DNA of 64,000 nt from an archaeon (GTDB lineage Archaea > Nanobdellota > Nanobdellia > Woesearchaeales > GCA-2686295): contig JBDRGV010000051.1 of NCBI GenBank assembly GCA_043817405.1, forward strand, positions 1,960-65,959, given 5' to 3'. The notes beneath the pieces are model-generated. The model was not told the origin of the DNA, made no database searches, and saw nothing but the letters and a program-made list of their open reading frames with translations. The position numbers were made by a program, and so were the translations under genes. Of this stretch, positions 25,450 to 35,522 are shown piece after piece. Positions within the stretch are counted from its first letter, which is position 1. Each line of letters opens with the position of its first letter.

Positions 25450-26256
25450 ATGAAGTTTTTAAAAGTATTGTTGGTAATCATTCTAATTTCAGTATTAGCA
25501 TCTTCAGTATTTGCAATTATGGGGCCTCTTCCTAGTTATATGAAAGAAAGCATTAGAACAGAGGAGGGTTTTACATTAGTCAAGCAGTTTGAGCATAAGA
25601 ACTTTTATTATGCTAAAGACATTATAGTTTTATGTTTTCCCAGACCAATGGGTTTTGAAGGGTTTTGTAGTAATATGACCTTGGACACAGAATTAATAAC
25701 ATCTGTGAGAATTAATGGCAAGGATGTTGATTATTCATTTGTTTACTTGGATGATTTAGAGCAATATGGTCTTTCATATTATGACTGGAATCGTATGGAT
25801 AAAAAGTCACTTTCAGATAACAAACCACTTTCTGCAATTAAAATTGAGAAAACATTTCTTAACAATGTTAATTACGACTTAACAATTAATGAACATGAAT
25901 TCGTTGTAACATACGAAGTAAAACCATATTTTGTTGTTGCTTTGTTTTTTACAGTAATTGTTTTGGGTTTTGTATCTTTATACATGAAAAAACTAAAAAC
26001 AAAAAAGAAAATGTTCATAACAAGCATAGTTCTCTTGACATTATCTTTATTGTACTTGAATTTTAAAGATACAGACTTTGTTATGTTTCTGATACCTACA
26101 TTCTTATTCTTCATAACAGATTATATGAAAACAAATATGAATTCTGATTATAACAATATAACTTTGAAATGGTGGTATGGCATTCTTGTAGTAATCGGTT
26201 TAATTATAATTGGTTTTGTGATTCTAATAGTAGCAAATACAAGGTATATGATTTAG
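25450..26256 (+). CDS. Signal-peptide-bearing membrane protein
   Basis: N-terminal signal peptide and 4 C-terminal TM helices. Confidence 0.65.
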   Translation: MKFLKVLLVIILISVLASSVFAIMGPLPSYMKESIRTEEGFTLVKQFEHKNFYYAKDIIVLCFPRPMGFEGFCSNMTLDTELITSVRINGKDVDYSFVYLDDLEQYGLSYYDWNRMDKKSLSDNKPLSAIKIEKTFLNNVNYDLTINEHEFVVTYEVKPYFVVALFFTVIVLGFVSLYMKKLKTKKKMFITSIVLLTLSLLYLNFKDTDFVMFLIPTFLFFITDYMKTNMNSDYNNITLKWWYGILVVIGLIIIGFVILIVANTRYMI

Positions 26257-26287
26257 AATAAGTTTCTAGTTTATAATTCATACTTCT

Positions 26288-27463
26288 CTAACCAAGCCCG
26301 TACTTCTCAACCAATGCAAGCCATTTTGCGTAATAACTTGGTTCAAGTATTGGTCCCATTTTATTGATTTTCTCATAGTTAAGCGCATCAAGATGTTCTT
26401 CGCCTATGGTTTCAAATGCGATGCCTTCAGATAGCTTTACTACTATAGGAATTGACATTATATATCCCACATTGGTGTATTCTGCGGCTTTATAGGTTGG
26501 AATGGTTGGTCTTGTTGTTTCTATAAAGCAATAGCCTGTGTCTCTGTAATCATATTGGTCTGCACATTTTATTCCAGCCACCGCATGGTTTTCTGGATCA
26601 AAAGCTATGTATGCTGTTTCATAGCCTAACTCTTTTAATAGAAATATTAACAGAGTTGATTTTTCACCGCAAACACCTGTATTTGTGTAAAGAACTTGGT
26701 AAGGGTATTTGCCTGTTACATTATTGGTTTTAAAAGCGTTTTGATCATAGGGAATGTTTTGCACTAGACTAATGGCAACCCTTGCTTTATCATCGTTTGA
26801 AAGGTCCAGTGCTTTGATTTTGGTTGACAATTCTACTAAATAGGGCTCTTGTATTTTGTTGTTTAACTCTCGTTCCAAGAAATCTTTCTTTGTGGGTACT
26901 GGCTCATATTCATAGTATGAAATTGTTCTTGGTAGAGAAGCCAAGTAGCTGTTTAATTCTCCATAAACAGTTAATTTGATTGAATTACTTTCACCTCTCA
27001 AAGTGTATTCAAAGTAAATATCCTTAGGATTTATTTTATATTTAGAAATACATCTTTCTTTGTCAGGAATAAACCCTTCTTCACAACCACAAACACTTGC
27101 TTTGTAAATTAAAGCGCCATCCTGACAATATTTAGGAATGGTTGTTGAGCATTCACCATAGGGTGTGTTGTCTCTGCAATACTTAATTTCTTCACAAATG
27201 TTTTCAATTGGTTTAAAACCTTCTTCACAGCCACATTCGGTTGCTGATTCAATTAAAGACTCGTTAATGCATTTGAAAGGCTTGTTGGTTGAACATTGAT
27301 AGTTAGAAGTATTATCACCACACACAGTGTCAGGAATGCATTCATTGTTGAAAAGCTTTTCATCGCCAGAACAAAAGCTTGGTAGAGAGATGTCTTGGTT
27401 TGAATAGAAGTAGAAACCTACGGCGATTAAAAGTATAAGTATAAACACACCACTTTTTGACAT
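26288..27463 (-). CDS. Transglutaminase-like (Cys-His) protein with Cys-rich N-terminal repeats
   Basis: VQ.IPY, YP...L....GVCGEKS.L, HA..GI and Y.FIETT motifs. Two C.D.T....CS...P..C..G.L...A..CGC repeats. Confidence 0.8.
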   Translation of the reverse strand: MSKSGVFILILLIAVGFYFYSNQDISLPSFCSGDEKLFNNECIPDTVCGDNTSNYQCSTNKPFKCINESLIESATECGCEEGFKPIENICEEIKYCRDNTPYGECSTTIPKYCQDGALIYKASVCGCEEGFIPDKERCISKYKINPKDIYFEYTLRGESNSIKLTVYGELNSYLASLPRTISYYEYEPVPTKKDFLERELNNKIQEPYLVELSTKIKALDLSNDDKARVAISLVQNIPYDQNAFKTNNVTGKYPYQVLYTNTGVCGEKSTLLIFLLKELGYETAYIAFDPENHAVAGIKCADQYDYRDTGYCFIETTRPTIPTYKAAEYTNVGYIMSIPIVVKLSEGIAFETIGEEHLDALNYEKINKMGPILEPSYYAKWLALVEKYGLG

Positions 27464-27577
27464 AAAAAGAATAAATAGAAGGATGGGTTTTTAATTGTTT
27501 TGAAAAAGATGATTGGTTGATACTAGTTACGTACAATAAAAAGAAACATTTATATCAGTTTAATCATTCCTAAGATT

Positions 27578-27982
27578 ATGAATCAACAAGCAGTAAATCA
27601 TGGTCAAGAATTTGATGAATCAGTTGCTAAATATAATGAATGGTTAGCATCATCAGAAGATTCAAAAGTTCAGAGAAGAAATAATTGGAAAGATTTCCTT
27701 AAAGGCATGGGTTCTGTTTTAGATATTTTTGGTAATTATTTTAGTAAAAAAAATATGAATGGTCACCCACTATATTCTAGAGTTGATTTGACAGCTGAAC
27801 AAAAAGATTCCATCGGACTTGCTTCTGATTGGCAAAGAGTTGATAGAAATTTAGATAAAATTATTTTAGGTGATTCATCAAATGGAGATATTTCTGTTGA
27901 AGATGCAAAAGCTGGAAAACAGCTGATTCAACAAATGTATGATAATTATAAGAATGTTTATATTTCTCACACCTTAAAATAA
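27578..27982 (+). CDS. Hypothetical protein
   Basis: FLKGMGSVLDIFG and D...LASDW..V motifs. Confidence 0.65.
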   Translation: MNQQAVNHGQEFDESVAKYNEWLASSEDSKVQRRNNWKDFLKGMGSVLDIFGNYFSKKNMNGHPLYSRVDLTAEQKDSIGLASDWQRVDRNLDKIILGDSSNGDISVEDAKAGKQLIQQMYDNYKNVYISHTLK

Positions 27983-28057
27983 TAACTTCTCTTTTTGAAA
28001 CTTCTTCACTTCGTAAAAAGTAACAAATATTATAAAGTAAAAGATTATTTTATTATT

Positions 28058-28909
28058 ATGAAAGCAACAGAATTATACAAAAAGCTTGAGAAAGAATTCA
28101 TTACTTCTGAAATGAGTGATGACTGGGCTGAACGCATGGAGTCCATTAAGAATTTTCTTAGTGAGAACTACAGAAAGAGGTCAATGGGTTTAGTTTGTGA
28201 TTTTGCAACAAAAATAAATAAAGTTTATACAGCTGTTTTTCCATCAAACAAAGTCATGCAGAGAATTCTTGACGATGAAGTTCAAGATGCCATGCTATTT
28301 GTTCACCACCCCGCTATTTGGGATATTAGAAATGCTCCAGAAGTTTTTCAGCAAATGGATGGAGAACTATTGCAGAAGTTTAAAGATAGAAGAATTTCAA
28401 TTTACAATTTACATGTGCCTCTGGATAATTTTGGAGAATATTCAACTTCCGTGACATTGGCAAAAGCTGTCGATGTTAAACCAGGAAAAGCTTTTGGTCC
28501 TTACTTCGGATCCTTATGCGGTGTATTTGGAAAGACCTCCATTGTGACGGTTCAAGATTTAAAAACTAAATATGAAGAAGCTGTCAGACACGAAGTAAAG
28601 CTGTATAACTATGGAACTGATGAAATTAAAGATGGAATGGTTGCAGTTATCGGTGGTGGTGGAAACATGATTGAAATGCTAGAAGAAATAAAAAAAGAAG
28701 GAGTTAATACTTTTGTAACCGGGATTAGCAGTGTAAATTATCATTCTAAAGCATCGCATGAATTCACTGAAAAAAATAAAATAAATATTTTGGGCGGAAC
28801 ACATTACTCTTCTGAAAAGTTTGCCTGCATAGCAATGGTTGATTACTTTAAGAGAGAAAAATTGGATTCTGAATTTGTAGAAGATGAAGCTGTAATGGAA
28901 GATATGTAG
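28058..28909 (+). CDS. NIF3/YbgI dinuclear metal-centre protein
   Basis: FVHHP, LHVPLD, VAVIGGGG, TFVTG and GTHYSSE motifs. Confidence 0.85.
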   Translation: MKATELYKKLEKEFITSEMSDDWAERMESIKNFLSENYRKRSMGLVCDFATKINKVYTAVFPSNKVMQRILDDEVQDAMLFVHHPAIWDIRNAPEVFQQMDGELLQKFKDRRISIYNLHVPLDNFGEYSTSVTLAKAVDVKPGKAFGPYFGSLCGVFGKTSIVTVQDLKTKYEEAVRHEVKLYNYGTDEIKDGMVAVIGGGGNMIEMLEEIKKEGVNTFVTGISSVNYHSKASHEFTEKNKINILGGTHYSSEKFACIAMVDYFKREKLDSEFVEDEAVMEDM

Positions 28910-28939
28910 GGTTTCGAAAATATTTTTTGTAGTCAACAC

Positions 28940-29356
28940 TTAGCATGCTCTTAACGCTTTCAGGAAGTCATCTTTCGTCTTATTCTTAAATTTACCCTTT
29001 TCATAATTTTTCCAGAGTTTCTCCACTCTCTCTGCAAAGATTAAGTCTTCTTTTGATTCCTCTATGACTGTTTTTAAACATTCGTTAAATGATTTCATTA
29101 ATAACTTAACCTTGTTATTTCTAATGTTAAGAACATATAATTGCGTACCACTTACTACTCTTGATTTATTTATTATATTTTCTTCTTCTAGTTCTCTTAT
29201 AAGCTCATATAATTTGGGTTTTGAAATATTGATTTCTTCCAGGATATCTCCAGCTGCAAAGTCTAATTCTCCCAATTCAAGGATGAATTCTACAACTCTG
29301 TTTCTTAAAGTTTTTCCATAAAGCTGAGAAAAAGCTCCAAATTTTGTTTCTTTCAT
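28940..29356 (-). CDS. Winged-HTH protein with antitoxin-like C-terminal tail
   Basis: G.TLRNRV.EF, ISK..LY..I..L....II.K.R....T.LY.LN. Tail is EDL.FA.R.E..W..YEKG.F. Confidence 0.75.
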   Translation of the reverse strand: MKETKFGAFSQLYGKTLRNRVVEFILELGELDFAAGDILEEINISKPKLYELIRELEEENIINKSRVVSGTQLYVLNIRNNKVKLLMKSFNECLKTVIEESKEDLIFAERVEKLWKNYEKGKFKNKTKDDFLKALRAC

Positions 29357-29573
29357 AATTTTAGTTTGTTTTCGATTTCTACCGATATTAAAGCTTTATT
29401 CATAGTTAATTTTAGTTAACTATCAGTTAATAATAATTAACTCTCCTTTATAAATATTTCTATTATTACTAAAATATTAATGGTTATTAAGTGTTACTGT
29501 AGAAAAACCGGAAATTCTCCGAAAATTCTTTATTAAACATCTATTAATTTAATGAATCTTTAAAGTCTTGTTT

Positions 29574-30491
29574 TTATGCAAATTCATACTGCTTTATGTA
29601 TTCTTCATAGCAAAACTTACAGATGGCTTCTTTTTTTCCTCTTTTAGAATTATTTAATGCAGTTATATAACTTGATTTTCTTGTGGCCCTAATTGCTAAC
29701 GGCATTAAATCTTTGTTCATTAACAACCAATTTAATAAAAGTCTACCGACCCTTCCATTTCCATCTATAAAAGGGTGAATTATCTCAAATTGAGAGTGAG
29801 ATTGAAAAGCTATTTCAAATTCATTCATACTCTTGAAAGCTTTTTTTATCCACTTTAAAAGCTGTTTCATTCTTTCTTCAACAAACAAGAAAGAAGTTGT
29901 GAGTTCATCTCCCGCATAGTTTTGAGCTTTCTTGTATTTTCCCAAAGTTTCATCTGATTCTATATCTTCATTGACTAACGCATGCAACATCAACAAGGCA
30001 TTTTCATTCGGTAAAGAATCTTTGTTATTCTCAACATAGGTCCAAGCTTTTAGCATATTGGAAGCCATGTACAGCTCTTTTTTTGTATGATTATTTGGAA
30101 CTGCGTCTGCAAACAAATAATTAAAAGTCTCACCAGGAGTCATAGTAGATCCTTCTATTTCATTACTATTGGCTATGAATACACTAAGAAATCTCTCTTT
30201 GGATTTCTCAACTGAGACTTCATCTAAAGAATCTAAATATTTCTTTTGTTCAGCAGATAGTTTTTTCATTTCTTCATGTTTTTTATAAGATAACTCATCT
30301 TTGAAATCAACCAAAATCCAATCTTCCTCTTTGTAAGAATATTTCATACACTCAAATTCTTCTTTTGGAACCGCTCTTTTTTTGCCAATATATTTTATGG
30401 TCTTTTGAATTACTTTGTCTTTTTTACGTATAGAATCAACTAGATAAAGATACTCGTTTCCATTTATTTTCTTTGTAACAATACTGACCAT
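29574..30491 (-). CDS. Fic family protein
   Basis: SN.IEGST and the canonical HPFIDGNGRVGR motif. Confidence 0.92.
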   Translation of the reverse strand: MVSIVTKKINGNEYLYLVDSIRKKDKVIQKTIKYIGKKRAVPKEEFECMKYSYKEEDWILVDFKDELSYKKHEEMKKLSAEQKKYLDSLDEVSVEKSKERFLSVFIANSNEIEGSTMTPGETFNYLFADAVPNNHTKKELYMASNMLKAWTYVENNKDSLPNENALLMLHALVNEDIESDETLGKYKKAQNYAGDELTTSFLFVEERMKQLLKWIKKAFKSMNEFEIAFQSHSQFEIIHPFIDGNGRVGRLLLNWLLMNKDLMPLAIRATRKSSYITALNNSKRGKKEAICKFCYEEYIKQYEFA

Positions 30492-30498
30492 TTTGTTA

Positions 30499-30578
30499 TT
30501 TAACCACTACATATTTATAAATCTTTCGACTAAAACAAAAAAAAGTTAGAAAAAAATAAGGTTTTTAACCACTACATA
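30499..30578. promoter_or_regulatory. 15-bp direct repeat in the fic promoter
   Basis: TTTAACCACTACATA at 30499-30513 and 30564-30578, on either side of the TATA box. Confidence 0.65.
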
Positions 30579-30745
30579 AAGAAAATCATCCAGCAACCCT
30601 CGAAAGAATCACTGTGGATCATTTTAATAATAATAGTATTATAATATTTATAAAATTTATTGAAAAATCACCGGAAATCTTCCGATTTGTTAAACTTTAT
30701 TCTGAGACAACTTCAGCAATGTTTTCACACTGTTTTAATTTTCCT

Positions 30746-31219
30746 TTATTCATAAAGTAGATTAGTGTCAGTATTGTCTTTCTTATATTCAACTGAGAAA
30801 AAAGAAACATTTGATGAATCTCCAAGTTCTCTCTTAAGATATTTTCGCATTTTTTTTATTTCTTTTTTTGTAAGGTTGTCGATGGAAAATTCAATATCTC
30901 CGCGAGTATAAATGTCTGCCATTAAAGGCGATTTCTCAAACGATATATCGGGCTTTTTCTGCTGTAGCATTTTTCCCACAACAGAATAAAAATTACTTGC
31001 CTGCTCAGCAAAAAAAGGAATAGTGTTGCCTGTTTCTATAATATCTATATTTGCGTCTTTTTGGTTCGGAAAATACAACAATGCATAAGTGTCATTAGTA
31101 CCGGGAGATGAAACCTTCAAAGCATACAAGAAAACATCTGATTCACTTTGAGCTATTTCTGATTTTAACTTTTCTTCATCAAGGTCTCTAATCAACCTCA
31201 AAAGTGTTGCTTTAGGCAT
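30746..31219 (-). CDS. Hypothetical protein
   Basis: Likely start MPKATL at 31219, with a TATA about 25 nt upstream. Confidence 0.6.
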   Translation of the reverse strand: MPKATLLRLIRDLDEEKLKSEIAQSESDVFLYALKVSSPGTNDTYALLYFPNQKDANIDIIETGNTIPFFAEQASNFYSVVGKMLQQKKPDISFEKSPLMADIYTRGDIEFSIDNLTKKEIKKMRKYLKRELGDSSNVSFFSVEYKKDNTDTNLLYE

Positions 31220-31296
31220 TTTAAGAAAAGAAAAGCAGTTATGCATATAAAGCTTTCCGGAAATCTTCCGGAATTTATTATAAAAGCTATATAAAC

Positions 31297-31665
31297 TTGT
31301 TTCTAAGACAGATTGATTATGAAAATAAACAAAAAAGTTGGATTGAAACAACAAGCATAATTTTGGTTTTAATTTTTGGTTTGTCTTATTACATTTTGTT
31401 ACTATCATTTTTTAGTCATTATGTTGGGAAAGCAGGCATTCTAATGACTAAATTGTATGAAAACAATAAGAAAGTTTTTGTGGTTGTTAGTACCTTAGTT
31501 TTTTTTGGGATTATGTTTCCTATTCTAAGTCAACCTTTAGGTTCTGAAAAAGTTTTTGAAATATACTGTTATGTAATATTAGCAGGTATAGTTACGTATG
31601 TCGTTACATGGTTAGCGAAAGAAAAAGATTCTACTACAAAAGATAAAATAAAAAAAGTCAAATAA
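31297..31665 (+). CDS. Hypothetical membrane protein (start uncertain, possibly 5'-frameshifted)
   Basis: 3 TM segments. The nearest ATG (31319) is out of frame. Confidence 0.5.
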   Translation: MFLRQIDYENKQKSWIETTSIILVLIFGLSYYILLLSFFSHYVGKAGILMTKLYENNKKVFVVVSTLVFFGIMFPILSQPLGSEKVFEIYCYVILAGIVTYVVTWLAKEKDSTTKDKIKKVK

Positions 31666-31765
31666 AGTGTTAAATCATGTATAATTTTATTCTACCCCCA
31701 TCCCCTACAAGTACCTTTTCTCCAAACCAAAACTCTTAAAAACCACCATCCCTTTTCTTTTTCCA

Positions 31766-32284
31766 ATGAACGTAAAATCCGCAATCCAATCTCGAAGAAG
31801 CATTCGTAAGTACAAAGATAAACCTGTTCCAGATAAACTCATAAATGAAATAATAAACTCAGCTCGTTTAGCGCCTTCTGGCAACAACATTCAGCCTTCT
31901 AAATACTTAATTATTAAAGATGAGAAAACTAAAAAGGAACTAAAAGATAACAAAGTAATTAGAGATGGCTGGGAATACAAGGCTCCAGTAATAATCGTTT
32001 GTTGCACCAATCCAGAAGCATACACTAAAAGAGACAAAAATTGGGATGAAGAAAATAAAATAAGGGCAATAAGAGATCTATCAATAGCTTCTTCATATCT
32101 AATGCTTCAAGCAACTGAATTAAAACTTGGTACTTGCTATGTTGGCTGGATTGATAAAGAAAAAATAAAAGAAGTTCTTAAAATTCCTAAACATTACATT
32201 GTACCCTACATAATTACATTAGGTTATCCTGATGAATCTCCAGGACCCAGACCTAGAAAAGAAATGAATGAAATAATTCTGTAG
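31766..32284 (+). CDS. Nitroreductase family protein
   Basis: RRSIRKY, ARLAPSGNN.QP, L.ATEL.LGTC and LGYP.E.P.PRPRK motifs. Confidence 0.92.
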   Translation: MNVKSAIQSRRSIRKYKDKPVPDKLINEIINSARLAPSGNNIQPSKYLIIKDEKTKKELKDNKVIRDGWEYKAPVIIVCCTNPEAYTKRDKNWDEENKIRAIRDLSIASSYLMLQATELKLGTCYVGWIDKEKIKEVLKIPKHYIVPYIITLGYPDESPGPRPRKEMNEIIL

Positions 32285-32387
32285 GATTTCCGGAAATTAC
32301 TCCAAAAGAATTAAGGATTAATATTTATAAAGTTAAGCACACAAAAACCGATAACTTTAAATATCAGTTGAGAATATTAGTTATCAA

Positions 32388-32918
32388 ATGGTTATTAAAG
32401 ATATCAAAAATAAAATTGCAGAATACTTTTTCCTAAATCCGACAATAAAACTAAGAGTCAGAGAAATAGAAAGAAAAACAAAAACAGCCCTCCCATCAGT
32501 TATTCGCTACACTCGAGAACTTGAAGAAGAAGACATCCTGAAAAGCCAAAACATTTCAAATGTAAAGCTTTACTCCGCAGACAGAGCATCAAAAAAATTT
32601 CTACTCGGGAAAAAAATTTACAACTTGAAACGAGTTTTTAATACAGGACTAGTGAATTACCTTATAAAAGAATACGACAACTCACCAATAATACTATTTG
32701 GATCATACTCGAAAGGAGAAGACATAGAAGATAGTGATATAGACTTGTACATAGAAAGCCCAAGCAAAACTAAAGCTAAAATAGAAAAATATGAAAAAGA
32801 ACTTCAGAGAGACATTCAGATATTTAAATACAACAAATTTAAAGAAATAGAAAACAAAGAACTAGCAAACAACATAATAAACGGAACAATACTACATGGA
32901 TTCATAGAGGTGTTTTAG
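32388..32918 (+). CDS. HTH-fused minimal nucleotidyltransferase (MNT antitoxin)
   Basis: N-terminal wHTH, then LFGSYSKGEDIEDSDIDLYI. Confidence 0.88.
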   Translation: MVIKDIKNKIAEYFFLNPTIKLRVREIERKTKTALPSVIRYTRELEEEDILKSQNISNVKLYSADRASKKFLLGKKIYNLKRVFNTGLVNYLIKEYDNSPIILFGSYSKGEDIEDSDIDLYIESPSKTKAKIEKYEKELQRDIQIFKYNKFKEIENKELANNIINGTILHGFIEVF

Positions 32919-33338
32919 ATGAAAGAAAGCTGTTGGAATGACTGCATAGAGTCAAATTCCTCAATAAAAATTACATCCGACAAAGCAAAAGCAATATCTC
33001 TAATCGAAACAGCAGAAGGGAGAATTGTTTATTTAAAAGAAGCAATCATAAAAGAAGAAACCGCGAATTATATATTTGAAAGTATCTACACATCAATTCT
33101 AGAATTACTCCATGCTTTGACACTTAAAGAAGGATACAAAGTCCAAAATCATATTTGTCTGGGATTCTACCTAAAAGACGTGTTAAAAAAAGACGACTTA
33201 TTCAGAACATTCGATGATTTACGCTACAAAAGAAACTCAATAACATACTACGGAAAAAGAATGAATTATGAAACCGCAAAGAAAGCAATAGCAGATGCCA
33301 AGAAACTAATAGAAAAAATCAAACAGATAAATTCTTAA
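32919..33338 (+). CDS. HEPN-domain protein (toxin partner of MNT)
   Basis: Directly abuts the MNT gene. G.K..NH.C and R..RN...YYG motifs. Confidence 0.78.
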   Translation: MKESCWNDCIESNSSIKITSDKAKAISLIETAEGRIVYLKEAIIKEETANYIFESIYTSILELLHALTLKEGYKVQNHICLGFYLKDVLKKDDLFRTFDDLRYKRNSITYYGKRMNYETAKKAIADAKKLIEKIKQINS

Positions 33339-33434
33339 TAATTATATCCTTCAACTCATATGCCCAACCAAAACCTTTATTCCTATCCTCACCAAACCAC
33401 CAGCTTAAAAAACAACAAAATCTTTCTTCTTTTA

Positions 33435-33509
33435 ATGAACGTAAAAACTGCCATCGAATCTCCAAAACCAAGACCTAGAAATAAAATAATTCTTCAATCT
33501 TCTCTGTGA
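33435..33509 (+). pseudogene. Internally deleted copy of the nitroreductase gene
   Basis: MNVKTAIES|PKPRPRNKIIL joins the N-terminus (MNVKSAIQS) and C-terminus (ESPGPRPRKEMNEIIL) of 31766-32284. The upstream promoter is also similar. Confidence 0.75.
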
Positions 33510-33746
33510 TTCAACATATACATTGTGCCTAATGACAAATATATACAATCCAATAACATCATCTCAATTCCTATAAAACTAATCAAAGATACTTTTTTTT
33601 CTTCTTTATGATGTGCAACTCTTTCTTCCATAAAATTTTCATCTGATTCATATGCTAGTTTTCTTGCTGCAACTGAATCTGCATATGCAATGTCTTTTTC
33701 CAATTGAGATTCAGAATATTCTCTCAGACATTCATATATAACTTCA
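33494..33746 (-). pseudogene. 5'-truncated membrane-protein gene fragment
   Basis: Open frame ending in a TM helix, similar in layout to the genes at 33857 and 34362. No start before the junction with the rtcA fragment. Confidence 0.45.
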
Positions 33747-33747
33747 G

Positions 33748-33873
33748 GGTCTCACAAAAGGAGCAATGAAAACTTCTGAAATCACAAAGCACACACTATC
33801 AAACATCTATGTTGCAGAAAAGTTCTTGGATGTAAAGTTTGAGATAGAAGGGAAAGTTATTCGGGTTGATTAG
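33748..33873 (+). pseudogene. rtcA: Orphan 3' end of RNA 3'-terminal phosphate cyclase
   Basis: GLTKGAMKTSEITKHTLSNIYVAEKFLDVKFEIEGKVIRVD* matches the RtcA C-terminal pattern (EIT.H..TNI.V.E.FL.V.F). Confidence 0.65.
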
Positions 33874-34303
33874 TAAGTTTCTTTTCAGATTTCTTTCGTT
33901 TTTTTTCTCGTCGAGCATCATATATTGTAACACTTAAAAGTTGCAACCATAAAGTTCCTCCACCTATCCAGCCGATAATCGCTCCTTTCTTTTTTTCATT
34001 TTGATAAATATTATTCTCTGAAATATAAGCTTCATTTGTTTCTAGTTTTTGTTTTTCATGTTTAAGAGAGTCAACATATGACAAATCGATTTTCACTTGT
34101 TCTGACAAATAAGTTTCAAGATTATTATATGGAACAGTTATTGAATAATTCAGTTTTTGTTCTAATTTTTGAAATTTCCTAACTAGTGGTGGAGAATAAG
34201 TTTTGTAAAGACCATACGTCAAAATAGTAAAAGACACAGCTAAAGTAGAAAGAAATAATTTTTCACCTGAAGAAAACCAACTATTCTTTTTTTCTTTATT
34301 CAT
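33857..34303 (-). CDS. Hypothetical two-TM membrane protein
   Basis: TM-coil-TM layout. Confidence 0.65.
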   Translation of the reverse strand: MNKEKKNSWFSSGEKLFLSTLAVSFTILTYGLYKTYSPPLVRKFQKLEQKLNYSITVPYNNLETYLSEQVKIDLSYVDSLKHEKQKLETNEAYISENNIYQNEKKKGAIIGWIGGGTLWLQLLSVTIYDARREKKRKKSEKKLTNQPE

Positions 34304-34361
34304 AAAAAAGCATTAATAGAATAACACATATTAACATTATATCGATATATACCTATAGATT

Positions 34362-34826
34362 TCAAAAAGGCCTATAATGTTTGTGAGATGAAATGAAAGG
34401 AAGATTCCAAAAACTCAAATCATTATATTTAGCGTATTCTATAAGTTGGCAAAAAGAAAAAAGGCCTAAAGTGTAAGAAAGACCTAGATAAACACTAGCA
34501 AAAATTGAATCTTTAAAATCATCTTTCTTTATATCATCCAAAACTCCTAAATTTTCAATCTCTTCTTTTTGTTCTTTTAAGTTTTCAAAATTTATTGTTA
34601 GACCTTCTTTATCAACAATTTCTTCAAAAGAAGAATAATACTCTAAATTATTCATAGTGCTAACAATTTTATTGTACTTATCAAGTAAAGGATCTGAAGG
34701 TTCAGAAATATAATAAGCAGAGTGAATAAACAAAGGAATAGATAAAATAAACGCAGAGCCATAAACTCTTAATGGATGTTTTTTAATTGTCTCTTCTAAA
34801 CTTTTATATAATTTTTTAATACCCAT
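34362..34826 (-). CDS. Hypothetical two-TM membrane protein
   Basis: TM-coil-TM layout similar to its neighbour. Confidence 0.65.
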   Translation of the reverse strand: MGIKKLYKSLEETIKKHPLRVYGSAFILSIPLFIHSAYYISEPSDPLLDKYNKIVSTMNNLEYYSSFEEIVDKEGLTINFENLKEQKEEIENLGVLDDIKKDDFKDSIFASVYLGLSYTLGLFSFCQLIEYAKYNDLSFWNLPFISSHKHYRPF

Positions 34827-34874
34827 AAAAAAAGAAGAGACAAAGAATAGTATAAACCTTCTATCGACATATAC

Positions 34875-35522
34875 CTATAGATTCTCATTCAAAAAAGGCA
34901 TTACTTTCTTTTCAGCGACACGAATGTGAAACTGAAAAGTAGAATAGGAAACACCTGCAATTTTAGCAAGTGATTTCAAATCAATCTTTCTCGGATAGTT
35001 ATAGTAATTATTTTGAATTGCTATCTGCAAACAATTTCTCTGTTTTTTAGTAAGATCTGGAAATACATTCAAGGTTTGCACATTGTTTATTTTCTTTTGT
35101 TTTATCCAATGAAGCTTTGCATTAAACTTTCCATAGGATTTTATTATCTTCATCAATTTCTCTTTATCCCATGAAGCCAGTTCAAAAACATAGGTTCCTT
35201 CTCTGTTAACCATTGAAGGCTTTATTTGAAAAACGCCTGCTTGAAAAAAATCCTTGTTGGCAATATGTTGTTTTGCCCTTGCAATAAGCAGATTATTCTC
35301 ATACTCCAGATTCAGTGTTCTCTTATCTTTTTTCATGTCAGAAATAAAACTCTTAACCCCTTTTTCAGAACCAAGCAATTGACTCGTTGCAGTAACTTCA
35401 ATGTAATCATCAAAGACTTTACTGGAAACAGGATAAGCTAAAACAACGACCTTATGCTTTCTGGCCAAATTACTTGCTAAAGCATTCTCATTCCAAGGAA
35501 CCGATAGTTTCATTACCCACAT
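34875..35522 (-). CDS. HTH-10 (bacterio-opsin activator-type) transcriptional regulator
   Basis: LTKKQ...L..A....YY.YPRKI.L..LA...GVS.STF..H.R.AEKK motif. Confidence 0.9.
   Translation of the reverse strand: MWVMKLSVPWNENALASNLARKHKVVVLAYPVSSKVFDDYIEVTATSQLLGSEKGVKSFISDMKKDKRTLNLEYENNLLIARAKQHIANKDFFQAGVFQIKPSMVNREGTYVFELASWDKEKLMKIIKSYGKFNAKLHWIKQKKINNVQTLNVFPDLTKKQRNCLQIAIQNNYYNYPRKIDLKSLAKIAGVSYSTFQFHIRVAEKKVMPFLNENL

Larger units (their letters stand above)
29508..32303 (+). repeat. Dispersed intergenic motif CCGGAAATCTTCCG (29508, 30671, 31257, 32290; also 24683 and inverted at 39694)
   Basis: Exact copies at 30671-30684 and 31257-31270 and near copies elsewhere. All are intergenic, with CGGAA-N3-TTCCG symmetry. 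Confidence 0.75.

Noticed and set aside
30746..31408. 220-aa version of this ORF from the ORF track
   Set aside because: The extension runs through a promoter region and overlaps the opposite gene. The ATG at 31219 with an upstream TATA is more plausible.
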